Source: Flavobacteriales bacterium (lineage in GTDB: Bacteria; Bacteroidota; Bacteroidia; JACJYZ01). Taken from it: a stretch of 64,000 nt of DNA. The stretch is taken from NCBI GenBank assembly GCA_020635855.1, contig JACJYZ010000002.1, positions 79,937 through 143,936 of the forward strand, written 5' to 3'. Of this stretch, positions 28,363-38,139 are shown one piece after another (positions within the stretch are counted from its first letter, which is position 1; every line of letters starts with the position of its first letter). The notes under the pieces are model-generated. The model did no database searches. It was given only the letters and a program-made list of their open reading frames with translations, and was not told the DNA's origin. The translations under genes and the position numbers were made by a program.

Positions 28363-28656
28363 TCAGGCTGCAAGGTACATATATTCATGGTTCAGGCAAT
28401 TTCCGCGCCGTAATGAAAAAGTGTGTGCTGAATGTCATGGGAACCGAAATTCAAGTGGTCTTATTAACAGGTTGAAAAATGCTTCACGATCCACCAATGA
28501 GTCGAAACCTTAGACGACTGATCTGATGCCGCATCGACGCTTATTTAGAATGAATATAAATTAGGTAATTTTTGTGTTCCCCTACATTAAAAAATCCCGA
28601 TTGTTCTAAATTTGCCACCTGTTATAAAGTCCTATTTTCTACGCAAAATATCCAAT

Positions 28657-29910
28657 ATGCGCAACCTGTTTAAGTGGGTATCCAAGCTCAGATTGGCGCT
28701 GCATCTCCTGCTTTTCCTGATGATCACCGGCGTGTCTGTGAGCCAGGCACAACCGAATGGTGAGGAGATTTTCAAAGCGAATTGTAAATCGTGCCACACC
28801 ATTGGCAAAGGGCCACTGATCGGACCGGATCTGAAGGATGTGGAAACACGCGCCCCGGATCGTGATTGGCTCGTTAAATGGATCACCAACTCCCAGGAGC
28901 TGGTGAAGGCCGGAGACGGTTATGCCGTTGAAGTCTTTAATGCCAACAAAGGGACGATCATGCCGCCCCAGGCTGTGAACAAAGAAGAGATCAATGCCAT
29001 CCTGGATTATATTAAGGATTACAAGCCACCGGTTGAGCAGAAAGTAGTTGATGAAAAACCGACTGAAGCACCGGCGGACAACACCCTGCTGATTTCCCTG
29101 GCCATCGCATGTGCCGTATTGCTGCTGGTGATCTGGTTCCTGCGTTCCACCAAGAGCGCACTCCAGGAAGCCGCCGCCGACAAAATTCCATTGCCCGCCC
29201 GTCATGGCATGGGCGTCTTCAAGTCCATCGGTCACTGGATCACTCATAACAAACGTTCGTTCGCCCTCATCGTTTTGCTGCTGGTGGCACTGGGCATGCG
29301 TCAGCTGTGGTACTCCGCCATCTGGATCGGCGTACACCAGGGCTATGAACCCATCCAGCCCATCGCGTTCCCGCACGACCTGCACGCAGGTAAGAACGGC
29401 ATCAACTGTGTATACTGCCACTCAGGTGCGGAAAAGAGCAAGACCGCAGGTATTCCTTCTTTGAACGTGTGCATGAACTGCCACAAGTTCATCAAGGAAG
29501 GTTCACGTACCGGCACAACCGAAATCGCTAAGATCTATAAGTACCTCGACTACGATCCGGAAACAGGTGAGTACGGCGACAACCCGCAGCCTGTGCAATG
29601 GGTGAAAGTGCATAACCTGCCGGACCTGGCCTACTTCAACCACTCCCAACACGTGGTGGTGGGCAAGCTGCCCTGTCAACGCTGCCACGGTAAAGTGGAA
29701 GAGATGCAGGTGCTGCACCAGGAATCCACGCTCGTGATGGGATGGTGTATCGATTGCCACCGCAACGAACCCGTGAAGATGGAAGGCAATCCTTATTACG
29801 ACCATGTACATGACCAGCTGACCGAAGAGCAACTGAGCAAGTTCATGAAGGACGGTAAGATCACCGTTGAGGAATTGGGTGGTACCGAGTGCGCCCGCTG
29901 CCACTATTAA
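28657..29910 (+). CDS. actA: alternative complex III multi-haem cytochrome c subunit ActA
   Basis: Six CXXCH motifs (CKSCH, CVYCH, CMNCH, CQRCH, CIDCH, CARCH), one TM helix. Operon context actABCDEF. Start at MRNLFKW. Confidence 0.8.
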   Translation: MRNLFKWVSKLRLALHLLLFLMITGVSVSQAQPNGEEIFKANCKSCHTIGKGPLIGPDLKDVETRAPDRDWLVKWITNSQELVKAGDGYAVEVFNANKGTIMPPQAVNKEEINAILDYIKDYKPPVEQKVVDEKPTEAPADNTLLISLAIACAVLLLVIWFLRSTKSALQEAAADKIPLPARHGMGVFKSIGHWITHNKRSFALIVLLLVALGMRQLWYSAIWIGVHQGYEPIQPIAFPHDLHAGKNGINCVYCHSGAEKSKTAGIPSLNVCMNCHKFIKEGSRTGTTEIAKIYKYLDYDPETGEYGDNPQPVQWVKVHNLPDLAYFNHSQHVVVGKLPCQRCHGKVEEMQVLHQESTLVMGWCIDCHRNEPVKMEGNPYYDHVHDQLTEEQLSKFMKDGKITVEELGGTECARCHY

Positions 29911-29936
29911 TCCGAATCGAAAAACCTTGTCGGGTA

Positions 29937-32900
29937 ATGACAAACATGAATAAGACATACTGGAAAGGCATCGAAGAATTGACCGAAGATCCCAGCTTCG
30001 TAAAAGCGAGGGACAATGAATTTGCAGAACATCTGCCGGTCGATGAGTTTCTCAGCAGTGAGCAGGTGCAAATCGCACCCACCAGCCGCCGTGACTTTTT
30101 AAAGTATCTCGGTTTCGGGATCACAGCCGCCTCCCTGGCCGCCTGTGAAGCGCCCGTAACCAAAGCCATACCTTATGTGATCAAACCGGAAGAAGTGACC
30201 CCCGGCGTGGCCAACTGGTATGCGTCTTCCTATTTCGATGGCAACGACTATTGCAGCGTGCTCGTGAAAACACGCGAAGGCCGTCCCATCAAGATCGAAG
30301 GCAACAAGATGTCATCCGTTTCCAACGGTGTCATCAACGCCCGTGTGCAGGCAGCCATCCTTTCTTTATATGATGAGTCGCGCCTGCGCAATCCTTTGAC
30401 AGGTGGAAAAGACAGCGACTGGACCACAGTAGACAAGGAGATCTCCGACAAACTGAAAAGCGTGGTTGCCAGCGGCAAATCCGTTCGCGTCCTCACTTCC
30501 TCCCTGGCCAGCCCGAGCAGCCGCAAAGCCATCGACCAGTTCGTGGCCGCCTACGCCGGTGCCCCCGCGGAAGACGGAAGCACACAGCCTTCAGGTGCAG
30601 GTGTGGTAACCTATGACGCGGTGTCCAGGTATGGCATTATCAAAGCCCACCAGGATTGCTTCGGCAAAGCAGCCGTTCCCGCCTACCGTTTCAACATGGC
30701 AAAAACCATCGTGAGCGTAGCGGCCGACTTCCTCGCCACGTGGGTGTCGCCGATCGAATTCATGTACCAGTACGGCCAGGGCCGTAACCTGAAAAAAGGA
30801 AAGACCATTTCCAAACACATCCAGTTTGAAAGCCATCTTTCCGTTACCGGTTCCAATGCCGATGAACGCGTTCCCGTGAAGCCTTCACAGGTAGGCGCCC
30901 TGATCGTTGCCCTTTACAATGCCGTGGCCTCCGCAACCGGCGGCCAGCAGGTGAGCGGTGGTTCCGGACTTCCGTTTGACGCCGATATCAAATCCGCAGC
31001 AGCACACCTGTTGAAAAACAAAGGTGCTTCCCTCGTGGTATGCGGCAGCAACGACCCATCCGTACAAAGCCTCGTATGCGGCATCAACCAGATGCTGGGT
31101 AACTACGGCACAACCGTAGACATCAACAGCCCGAGCCTGCAATTCCAAAGCGACGATGCAGGCGTAGCCTCCCTGATCAGCGACATGAACGCAGGTAAGG
31201 TGGGTGCGCTCATCATGCAGGGTGTGAACCCCGCTTACACATTGCCCGATACCGAAGCGTTCAAAGCCGCCCTCAAAAAGGTGGAACTGACCGTTTCCTT
31301 CAGCCCGACACTCGATGAAACATCCAGCGTGGCCGGCTATGTTTGTCCGGACCACAATTTCCTGGAGTCATGGAATGACTACAATCCTTACGCAGGTGAA
31401 TACAGCCTGTGCCAACCCACCATCAACCCGCTGTTCAAAACCCGCCAGTGGCAGGAAAGCCTGTTGAAATGGTCGGGCAGCAACAGCACCTATTACGATT
31501 TCATCCGCAGCAACTGGCAAGCCAACCAGTTCGCCGCACAAACCAAAGAGATCCTGTTCGATGCATTCTGGAACCAGTCTGTGCACGACGGTGTATTCTC
31601 CACTTCAGCTCCAGCCGCAACCGAAGCAATGGCCTTTGCAGGCAACATGTCTGCCGCAGCTACAGCCGCTACGGCCATGGGCAAATCAGGTTCGTTCGAG
31701 CTGGTGATTTACGAAAAGACCGGTGTAGGAAATGGTATGTACGCCAACAACCCCTGGTTGCAGGAACTGCCCGATCCGGTATCGAAGGTTTGCTGGGATA
31801 ACTATGTTACCATGAACCCCGTGCAGATGGATGAACTCGGTCTGAACACCATCCTGGGCCAGGAAGAAATGGCCGATGTGGTGGAAGTGACCGTTGGAAA
31901 TAAAAAAATAAAAGCACCCGTATATCCACAGCCAGGTCAGACCGTAGGTACCGTAGGGCTTGCGCTCGGATACGGCCGTACGGTTGTGGGTCGCGCCGGT
32001 GAAAACGTAGGCGTAGATGCATACCCGCTGACCAGCCTGGGTGCGAATGGCTTCTCATATCATGCCACTGATTGCAGTGTAAGCGGTTCGGTAGATAAGA
32101 TGCACCTGGCCACCACCCAAACCCATCACACCATCATGGGCAGGGATTCGGCTGAGACGGGTATCATCCGTGAAACGTCACTTGCCGCTTATGTGTCCGA
32201 CCCTTCTTCAGGCAATGAACAGGTGACCGTCGCCACGGTGGAGCACGAACACAAGCTGCCGTCGGAAGTGGATATGTGGAAAGAGCACCCGAAGAATATC
32301 TTCCATTGGAACCTGTCTGTTGACCTGAATTCATGCATCGGATGCGGTGCCTGTGTGGTCAGCTGTATTTCCGAGAACAACGTGGCTGTTGTGGGTAAGG
32401 ATGAGATCCGCAGATCGCGTGAAATGCACTGGATCCGCATCGACCGCTATTACAGCAGTGATTATACCAAAGCAAGGGCCAAGGAAGAAGGTCTCAATAA
32501 CATCCAGATGTACCACCGGATGGAACGTCCGTCGGAATACCCGAAAGTGACCTTCCAACCCGTGATGTGTCAGCACTGCAACCACGCTCCCTGCGAGAAC
32601 GTGTGTCCGGTGGCTGCCACCACACACAGTTCCGAAGGTCTCAACCAGATGACCTACAACCGTTGCGTGGGTACGAAATACTGTCAGAACAACTGTCCTT
32701 TCAAGGTACGTCGCTTCAACTGGTTCAGCTACCCGCGCGATACAGAGTTCCGTGATGTGAACCCTTCACAGAACGAACTGGGCCGCATGGTGCTCAACCC
32801 GGATGTGGTGGTACGTTCCCGTGGTGTGATGGAAAAATGCTCCATGTGCATCCAGCGCATCCAGGAAGGCAAGCTGAACGCGAAGAAGGAAGGCCGTACC

Positions 32901-33098
32901 GTGAAAGACGGTGAGATCCAGACCGCCTGCAGCGCCGTGTGCCCGACACACGCCATCCGTTTCGGTAACGTGGCGGATCCGGATTCGGAAGTGGCCAAAC
33001 TCGCCGACGATCCGAGGACCTATTACCTGCTTGAAGAATTGAACGTGAAACCGTCCGTGCAGTACATGACCAAGGTCAGGAACACCGGTGACGCATAA
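29937..33098 (+). CDS. actB: alternative complex III molybdopterin-oxidoreductase-like / 4Fe-4S subunit ActB
   Basis: About 1050 aa. Tat-like N-terminus (RRDFLKYLGFGITAASLAA). C-terminal multi-ferredoxin Cys clusters (CIGCGACVVSC, CQHCNHAPCENVCP, CQNNCP). Confidence 0.85.
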   Translation: MTNMNKTYWKGIEELTEDPSFVKARDNEFAEHLPVDEFLSSEQVQIAPTSRRDFLKYLGFGITAASLAACEAPVTKAIPYVIKPEEVTPGVANWYASSYFDGNDYCSVLVKTREGRPIKIEGNKMSSVSNGVINARVQAAILSLYDESRLRNPLTGGKDSDWTTVDKEISDKLKSVVASGKSVRVLTSSLASPSSRKAIDQFVAAYAGAPAEDGSTQPSGAGVVTYDAVSRYGIIKAHQDCFGKAAVPAYRFNMAKTIVSVAADFLATWVSPIEFMYQYGQGRNLKKGKTISKHIQFESHLSVTGSNADERVPVKPSQVGALIVALYNAVASATGGQQVSGGSGLPFDADIKSAAAHLLKNKGASLVVCGSNDPSVQSLVCGINQMLGNYGTTVDINSPSLQFQSDDAGVASLISDMNAGKVGALIMQGVNPAYTLPDTEAFKAALKKVELTVSFSPTLDETSSVAGYVCPDHNFLESWNDYNPYAGEYSLCQPTINPLFKTRQWQESLLKWSGSNSTYYDFIRSNWQANQFAAQTKEILFDAFWNQSVHDGVFSTSAPAATEAMAFAGNMSAAATAATAMGKSGSFELVIYEKTGVGNGMYANNPWLQELPDPVSKVCWDNYVTMNPVQMDELGLNTILGQEEMADVVEVTVGNKKIKAPVYPQPGQTVGTVGLALGYGRTVVGRAGENVGVDAYPLTSLGANGFSYHATDCSVSGSVDKMHLATTQTHHTIMGRDSAETGIIRETSLAAYVSDPSSGNEQVTVATVEHEHKLPSEVDMWKEHPKNIFHWNLSVDLNSCIGCGACVVSCISENNVAVVGKDEIRRSREMHWIRIDRYYSSDYTKARAKEEGLNNIQMYHRMERPSEYPKVTFQPVMCQHCNHAPCENVCPVAATTHSSEGLNQMTYNRCVGTKYCQNNCPFKVRRFNWFSYPRDTEFRDVNPSQNELGRMVLNPDVVVRSRGVMEKCSMCIQRIQEGKLNAKKEGRTVKDGEIQTACSAVCPTHAIRFGNVADPDSEVAKLADDPRTYYLLEELNVKPSVQYMTKVRNTGDA

Positions 33099-33124
33099 TT
33101 AAAATAGATAAAGATTACTACGCT

Positions 33125-34507
33125 ATGAGCGAAGCAGTACAAACCACCATTCGTAAGCCCCTTATCAAAGGGAACAAGGATCTGCACCAGATCACGGAAG
33201 ATGTGGCCAGGTCTGTGGAAGGCAAAGCCAGCCGCCTCTGGTACATCGTATTCACCGTGGCTGTTGTGGCCGCCCTTTGGGGAATCGGTTGCATTGTGTA
33301 TACCGTAGGACGCGGTATCGGTACCTGGGGTGTGAACCGCACCATCGGTTGGGCCTGGGACATCACCAACTTCGTTTGGTGGATCGGTATCGGTCACGCT
33401 GGTACGCTGATCTCCGCCGTACTGTTGCTTTTCCGTTCCCGCTGGCGCATGGCCATCAACCGGTCTGCAGAAGCCATGACGATCTTCGCTGTGATCATGG
33501 CGGCCCAGTTTCCGATCCTGCACATGGGGCGTCCTTGGTTGGCCTTTTATGCGCTTCCGCTGCCGAACCAGTTGGGCTCACTGTGGGTGAACTTTAACTC
33601 GCCACTGCTGTGGGACGTATTCGCGATCTCAACGTATTTCTCGGTTTCACTCGTGTTCTGGTACATCGGCCTCCTGCCCGACTTTGCCATGATCCGCGAC
33701 AGGGCCGTGAAACCGGTGACCCAAAAGATTTACAGCATCCTCAGCTTCGGATGGAGCGGACGCGCCAAGGATTGGCAGCGCTTTGAGGAAGTATCATTGG
33801 TGTTGGCCGGACTGGCCACTCCGCTGGTGTTCTCGGTTCACTCCATTGTAAGTATGGACTTCGCCACGGCGGTGATCCCCGGGTGGCATACCACCATCTT
33901 CCCGCCTTACTTCGTACTCGGTGCGTTGTTCTCGGGATTTGCCATGGTGTTGACCTTGTCGCTGATCATGCGGAAAGTGATGCACCTGGAAGATTACATC
34001 ACCATCTCGCATGTGGAGTACATGAACAAGATCATCATGCTTACCGGTTCCATGGTGGGTGTGGCCTATATCACCGAACTGTTCGTGTCGTGGTATTCAG
34101 GTGTGCCTTATGAAAACTATGCCTTCATCAACCGCGCCACCGGTCCTTACTGGTGGGCCTATGCCTGCATGATGACCTGCAACGTGGTGAGCCCGCAGCT
34201 GTTCTGGGTAACCAAGTGGAGAAGAAGCCTCACCTTTACTTTCGTACTGTCCATCATCGTGAACATCGGTATGTGGTTCGAACGTTTCGTGATCATCGTA
34301 ACCTCGCTGCACCGCGATTTCCTGCCCAGCAGCTGGACGATGTTCCACCCGACATTTACTGAAATTGGAATCTACATCGGAACCATCGGAATATTCTTTG
34401 TGTTGTTCCTGCTGTTCGCCCGCGTATTCCCGGTGATTGCACAGAGTGAAACCAAGTCGATCCTGAAAGGAACCGGTAACCAATATTTGAACGTGATTCC
34501 CGAATAA
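33125..34507 (+). CDS. actC: alternative complex III NrfD-like quinol-binding membrane subunit ActC
   Basis: Polytopic NrfD/PsrC-like membrane protein. 460 aa. Operon position. Confidence 0.8.
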   Translation: MSEAVQTTIRKPLIKGNKDLHQITEDVARSVEGKASRLWYIVFTVAVVAALWGIGCIVYTVGRGIGTWGVNRTIGWAWDITNFVWWIGIGHAGTLISAVLLLFRSRWRMAINRSAEAMTIFAVIMAAQFPILHMGRPWLAFYALPLPNQLGSLWVNFNSPLLWDVFAISTYFSVSLVFWYIGLLPDFAMIRDRAVKPVTQKIYSILSFGWSGRAKDWQRFEEVSLVLAGLATPLVFSVHSIVSMDFATAVIPGWHTTIFPPYFVLGALFSGFAMVLTLSLIMRKVMHLEDYITISHVEYMNKIIMLTGSMVGVAYITELFVSWYSGVPYENYAFINRATGPYWWAYACMMTCNVVSPQLFWVTKWRRSLTFTFVLSIIVNIGMWFERFVIIVTSLHRDFLPSSWTMFHPTFTEIGIYIGTIGIFFVLFLLFARVFPVIAQSETKSILKGTGNQYLNVIPE

Positions 34508-34515
34508 TTTCTGCC

Positions 34516-35040
34516 ATGACGAACAAGAAAATATACGGTCTGTTCGACGATGACCACAAATTGATTGACGGTGTGAAAGCCTTGCGTGAAAAGGGCTTTG
34601 ATATTGCAGAGGCATACACACCTTACCCTGTTCACGGCCTGGATACCGCTATGGGAATTCCCCGCACGCGCCTCGCCATCTGCTCATTCATCTATGGCAT
34701 GACCGGCGTGAGCCTGGCCCTGCTGATGACGTATTTCATGAGCATCGTGGACTGGCCCATGGACATCGGTGGCAAGCCCAGCTATTCGTTCCGTGAAAAC
34801 TTCACGTCCTTCATTCCGGTGACATTCGAGTCAGGTGTACTGCTCGCCGCACATGGAATGGCGATTACCTTTTTGCTGAGAAGCTGGTTGTTGCCGGGAG
34901 TGAGCCCCAAGAACCCCGACAAGCGTACGACCGACGATAAATTCTGCCTGGAAATGGATGCCTGGACTGATGAAGAAGAGGCCACCATCAAGGATGTACT
35001 GACCCGTTCGGGCGCATTTGAAGTGAATACAAAATCATAA
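34516..35040 (+). CDS. actD: alternative complex III subunit ActD
   Basis: About 174 aa, DUF3341-like (MTNKKIYGLFDDDHKLIDGVKALREKGF), with TM helices. Confidence 0.7.
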   Translation: MTNKKIYGLFDDDHKLIDGVKALREKGFDIAEAYTPYPVHGLDTAMGIPRTRLAICSFIYGMTGVSLALLMTYFMSIVDWPMDIGGKPSYSFRENFTSFIPVTFESGVLLAAHGMAITFLLRSWLLPGVSPKNPDKRTTDDKFCLEMDAWTDEEEATIKDVLTRSGAFEVNTKS

Positions 35041-35041
35041 G

Positions 35042-35794
35042 GTGACGAAGCCAAGAATGAAACCTATGAAAAGCATATTGATCCCGAACGACCTGAGCAA
35101 AGGATTTGTGGCAGCATGCCTGTATGCTGTGCCGGTTCTAGGCCTGATGTCGTGTGGGCAGAACCCCACGAGGGAGTACGATCCTTCCCTGAAGCACGAG
35201 ACACCTCGCATTGAGTATACGGCAGACATGGACATGTACCGGTCTCCGTCGTACGAGACATATTCCGAAAACCCCATCCTTCCTGAAGGGATGACCGCCC
35301 AGGTGCCGGCACACGGTTCAATTGCAAGAGGACACATGCCTTATGCCTATCCGAACACGCCGGAAGGATATGAGATGGCGGGTCAGCAGTTGAAAAACCC
35401 CGTTCCACTGACCGAAGAAAACCTGGCGGAAGGAAAAGAACTTTTCCTGAAATTCTGTTCGCATTGCCATGGTAAAAACGGCAAGGGCGATGGTACCATC
35501 ATCAAGAATGACAAATTTCCCGCACCCCCGGCATACGATTCTCCTGCTTTGAAGGATCTGCCGGAAGGGAAAATGTTCCATACAATCACATATGGCAAGA
35601 ACCTGATGGGAAGCCACGCGTCACAACTGGAACCTGAACAACGCTGGAAAATCATTCATTTTATCCAAACCCTGCAAGGACCGAAGGCAAGTGCTGAATC
35701 CACCGGTACGGCTGCCGCAGGTTCTGATGTCGCACCGGCTGATGCAGCACCTGCTTCCGCAGCGCCTGCAGCAGCACCTGCAACCGGTAAATAA
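35042..35794 (+). CDS. actE: alternative complex III monohaem cytochrome c lipoprotein ActE
   Basis: Lipoprotein signal plus a single CSHCHG motif. Ala/Pro-rich C-terminal tail. Confidence 0.75.
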   Translation: MTKPRMKPMKSILIPNDLSKGFVAACLYAVPVLGLMSCGQNPTREYDPSLKHETPRIEYTADMDMYRSPSYETYSENPILPEGMTAQVPAHGSIARGHMPYAYPNTPEGYEMAGQQLKNPVPLTEENLAEGKELFLKFCSHCHGKNGKGDGTIIKNDKFPAPPAYDSPALKDLPEGKMFHTITYGKNLMGSHASQLEPEQRWKIIHFIQTLQGPKASAESTGTAAAGSDVAPADAAPASAAPAAAPATGK

Positions 35795-35814
35795 AGCATA
35801 ATTGGGAAAGTATT

Positions 35815-36969
35815 ATGGAGAACCAATACATACAAAAGAATAAAGTCAGCTTCGGTTTGATGGCCGTGGGTGCAATTGCAGTTGTAGCTGCATTCGTAGC
35901 CGATCCGAAGCGCGCATGGTCCAACCTGCTCGTGGATAATTTTTTCTTCATGGCGCTGGGCCTTTTCGGGGTTTTCTTCATCGCCCTCCAGTACCTCACC
36001 GAATCCGGATGGTCGGCTGTGATCAAGCGTATCCCTGAAGCCATGTCTCAGTACCTTTATATCGGTGGTCCCCTGTTGCTCATCGTGATTGCACTGGCCA
36101 ACCACCATCTTTACCACTGGATGGATCACGAGGCGGTTGAGCATGATCCGGTGTTGCAAATGAAATCGGCATACCTGAATGCGCCCTTTTTCTACATCCG
36201 TTCCGTGGCCTATGTGGCCGGATGGATCCTGGCGGCCCGGGTGCTGAGAAACTATTCCCTGCAACAAGATCTGACCGGTGAGTCTTTTCATAAAAAATGT
36301 ATCAAGGCGTCGGCCATCTTCATGGTGTTTTTCGCTGTGACTTCCAGTACCTCTGCCTGGGACTGGCTGATGTCAGTGGATGCACACTGGTTCAGCACCC
36401 TGTACGGCTGGTATGTGATGATGGGTATGTGGGTGAGCGGTACCACGTTCATGTTGCTGTTCATCATCTATCTGAAAAGCCGCGGATACCTCCCGCAGGT
36501 CAATGAAAGCCACCTGCACGATATGGGTAAATGGATGTTCGCAACCAGCATGGCGTGGACATACCTCTGGGTATCTCAGTGGCTGCTCTACTGGTATGCC
36601 GGTTTGCCTGAAGAAATGACCTACTTCATTGAAAGGGTTGAGAACTACCCGTTGCCGTTCTTCGGCATGCTGCTGGTGAACTTCTTCGTGCCCTTCTATG
36701 TGCTGATGTCCAGGGATGCGAAAAGGCAACCCGGATTGCTGGTAGGAGTTGGCTCGATCGTTTTCGTTGGGCACTGGATGGATTTGCAATTGTTGGTGAT
36801 GCCGGGTGTCATGGGTCACGAACACGGGCATATCGGATTTATAGAATATGGAATGTTCCTCGGCTTCCTGGGACTGTTCATCTTTGTTGTACAGAAAGCC
36901 CTTGCCAAACATCCCATTGTGGTGAAAAACCATGCTTTCCTGGAAGAAAGCCTGCATCACCACTATTGA
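35815..36969 (+). CDS. actF: alternative complex III membrane subunit ActF
   Basis: NrfD-like polytopic membrane protein. 384 aa. Operon position. Confidence 0.75.
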   Translation: MENQYIQKNKVSFGLMAVGAIAVVAAFVADPKRAWSNLLVDNFFFMALGLFGVFFIALQYLTESGWSAVIKRIPEAMSQYLYIGGPLLLIVIALANHHLYHWMDHEAVEHDPVLQMKSAYLNAPFFYIRSVAYVAGWILAARVLRNYSLQQDLTGESFHKKCIKASAIFMVFFAVTSSTSAWDWLMSVDAHWFSTLYGWYVMMGMWVSGTTFMLLFIIYLKSRGYLPQVNESHLHDMGKWMFATSMAWTYLWVSQWLLYWYAGLPEEMTYFIERVENYPLPFFGMLLVNFFVPFYVLMSRDAKRQPGLLVGVGSIVFVGHWMDLQLLVMPGVMGHEHGHIGFIEYGMFLGFLGLFIFVVQKALAKHPIVVKNHAFLEESLHHHY

Positions 36970-37040
36970 TTAATTAGGAAAAACATTCATACACGCATAA
37001 GGGCTTGCCCGGATTTATAAAGCACGCGATCTAAAAAAAA

Positions 37041-38096
37041 TTGACCATGATTGGATTCTTGATCTCTCTCGGTATCATCTTGCTGATCATTGCAGGGGTT
37101 CAGCTAGTGAAGGTCCTTGACCTCTCCGCAGAATTGCAGGGTAAGGGCAATGAGAATGAAGTGTCAACGGAAGGAGAAAACCGAACCAATGGTACACTCT
37201 ATTTCCTCTTCATGATCGCCTTCTTCGGATTCGTGATCTGGCTGACCGCCAGGTACAAGGATTTCCTGCTTCCTGCTCCCGCCTCAGAACACGGACAAGG
37301 CATCGATGATATGATGCACCTTAACCTGGTGATCATTGCCATCGTGTTTTTCATCACCAACATCCTGCTGTTCTTTTTTGCTTTCCGCTACTACGGACGC
37401 AAGAACGGCAAAGCCACTTTCTACCCGCATAACAACAAACTGGAAGTTGCCTGGACCATCACCCCGATGATCGCCCTGGCCGGACTTATCACCTATGGTC
37501 TGACCATCTGGAACAGCACCATGAGTACCACCAAGTATGCACCGGATGAGTACCTGAAGATTGAGTTGTATGCCAAACAGTTCGACTGGACCGCACACTA
37601 TGCCGGCGCCGATAAAGCATTCGGTAAAGCCAGCTATCGCCTGATCACCCCCGCAAATGTTCTGGGCCTCGATTCAACCGATGCACACAATGCGGATGAC
37701 AAGATTACCAAGGAACTGCACCTGCCGGTGAACAAACCGGTGTTGCTGACCTTCCGCTCACGTGACGTGATTCACAGCGCCTACCTGCCGCACTTCCGTG
37801 TGCAGATGAACTGTGTTCCGGGTATGACCACCCAGTTTGCGTTCACACCCACGAAAACCACGGCGGAAATGCGCCAGGACCCTTTCGTGATTAATAAATA
37901 TGCGAAGATCAATGAGCTGCGCCACGAGCGCCTGCCGGGAGAAGAAGATGTGCAGTTCGATTACCTCCTGCTCTGCAACAAGATCTGCGGAACAGCGCAC
38001 AACAATATGCAACTGAAGGTTGTGGTGGAAACCGAGGAAGAGTTCAATGCATGGCTTGCCCAGCAATCCACCTTCATTGATAATACAACGAAGTAA
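37041..38096 (+). CDS. coxB: cytochrome c oxidase subunit II
   Basis: CuA motif (HSAYLPHF...CNKICGTAHNNM). Two N-terminal TM helices. Confidence 0.85.
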   Translation: MTMIGFLISLGIILLIIAGVQLVKVLDLSAELQGKGNENEVSTEGENRTNGTLYFLFMIAFFGFVIWLTARYKDFLLPAPASEHGQGIDDMMHLNLVIIAIVFFITNILLFFFAFRYYGRKNGKATFYPHNNKLEVAWTITPMIALAGLITYGLTIWNSTMSTTKYAPDEYLKIELYAKQFDWTAHYAGADKAFGKASYRLITPANVLGLDSTDAHNADDKITKELHLPVNKPVLLTFRSRDVIHSAYLPHFRVQMNCVPGMTTQFAFTPTKTTAEMRQDPFVINKYAKINELRHERLPGEEDVQFDYLLLCNKICGTAHNNMQLKVVVETEEEFNAWLAQQSTFIDNTTK

Positions 38097-38139
38097 TCAC
38101 GGCACATTTGCCCATTTATAAAGAACCACGTTACCTTAA

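Noticed and set aside
28561-28656. Promoter for the ACIII operon (TAAATTTG at 28607-28614)
   Set aside because: The -7 consensus is present, but there is no TTTG at the expected 19-21 bp spacing, and the box would sit 40 nt from the actA ATG. Too uncertain to list as a feature.
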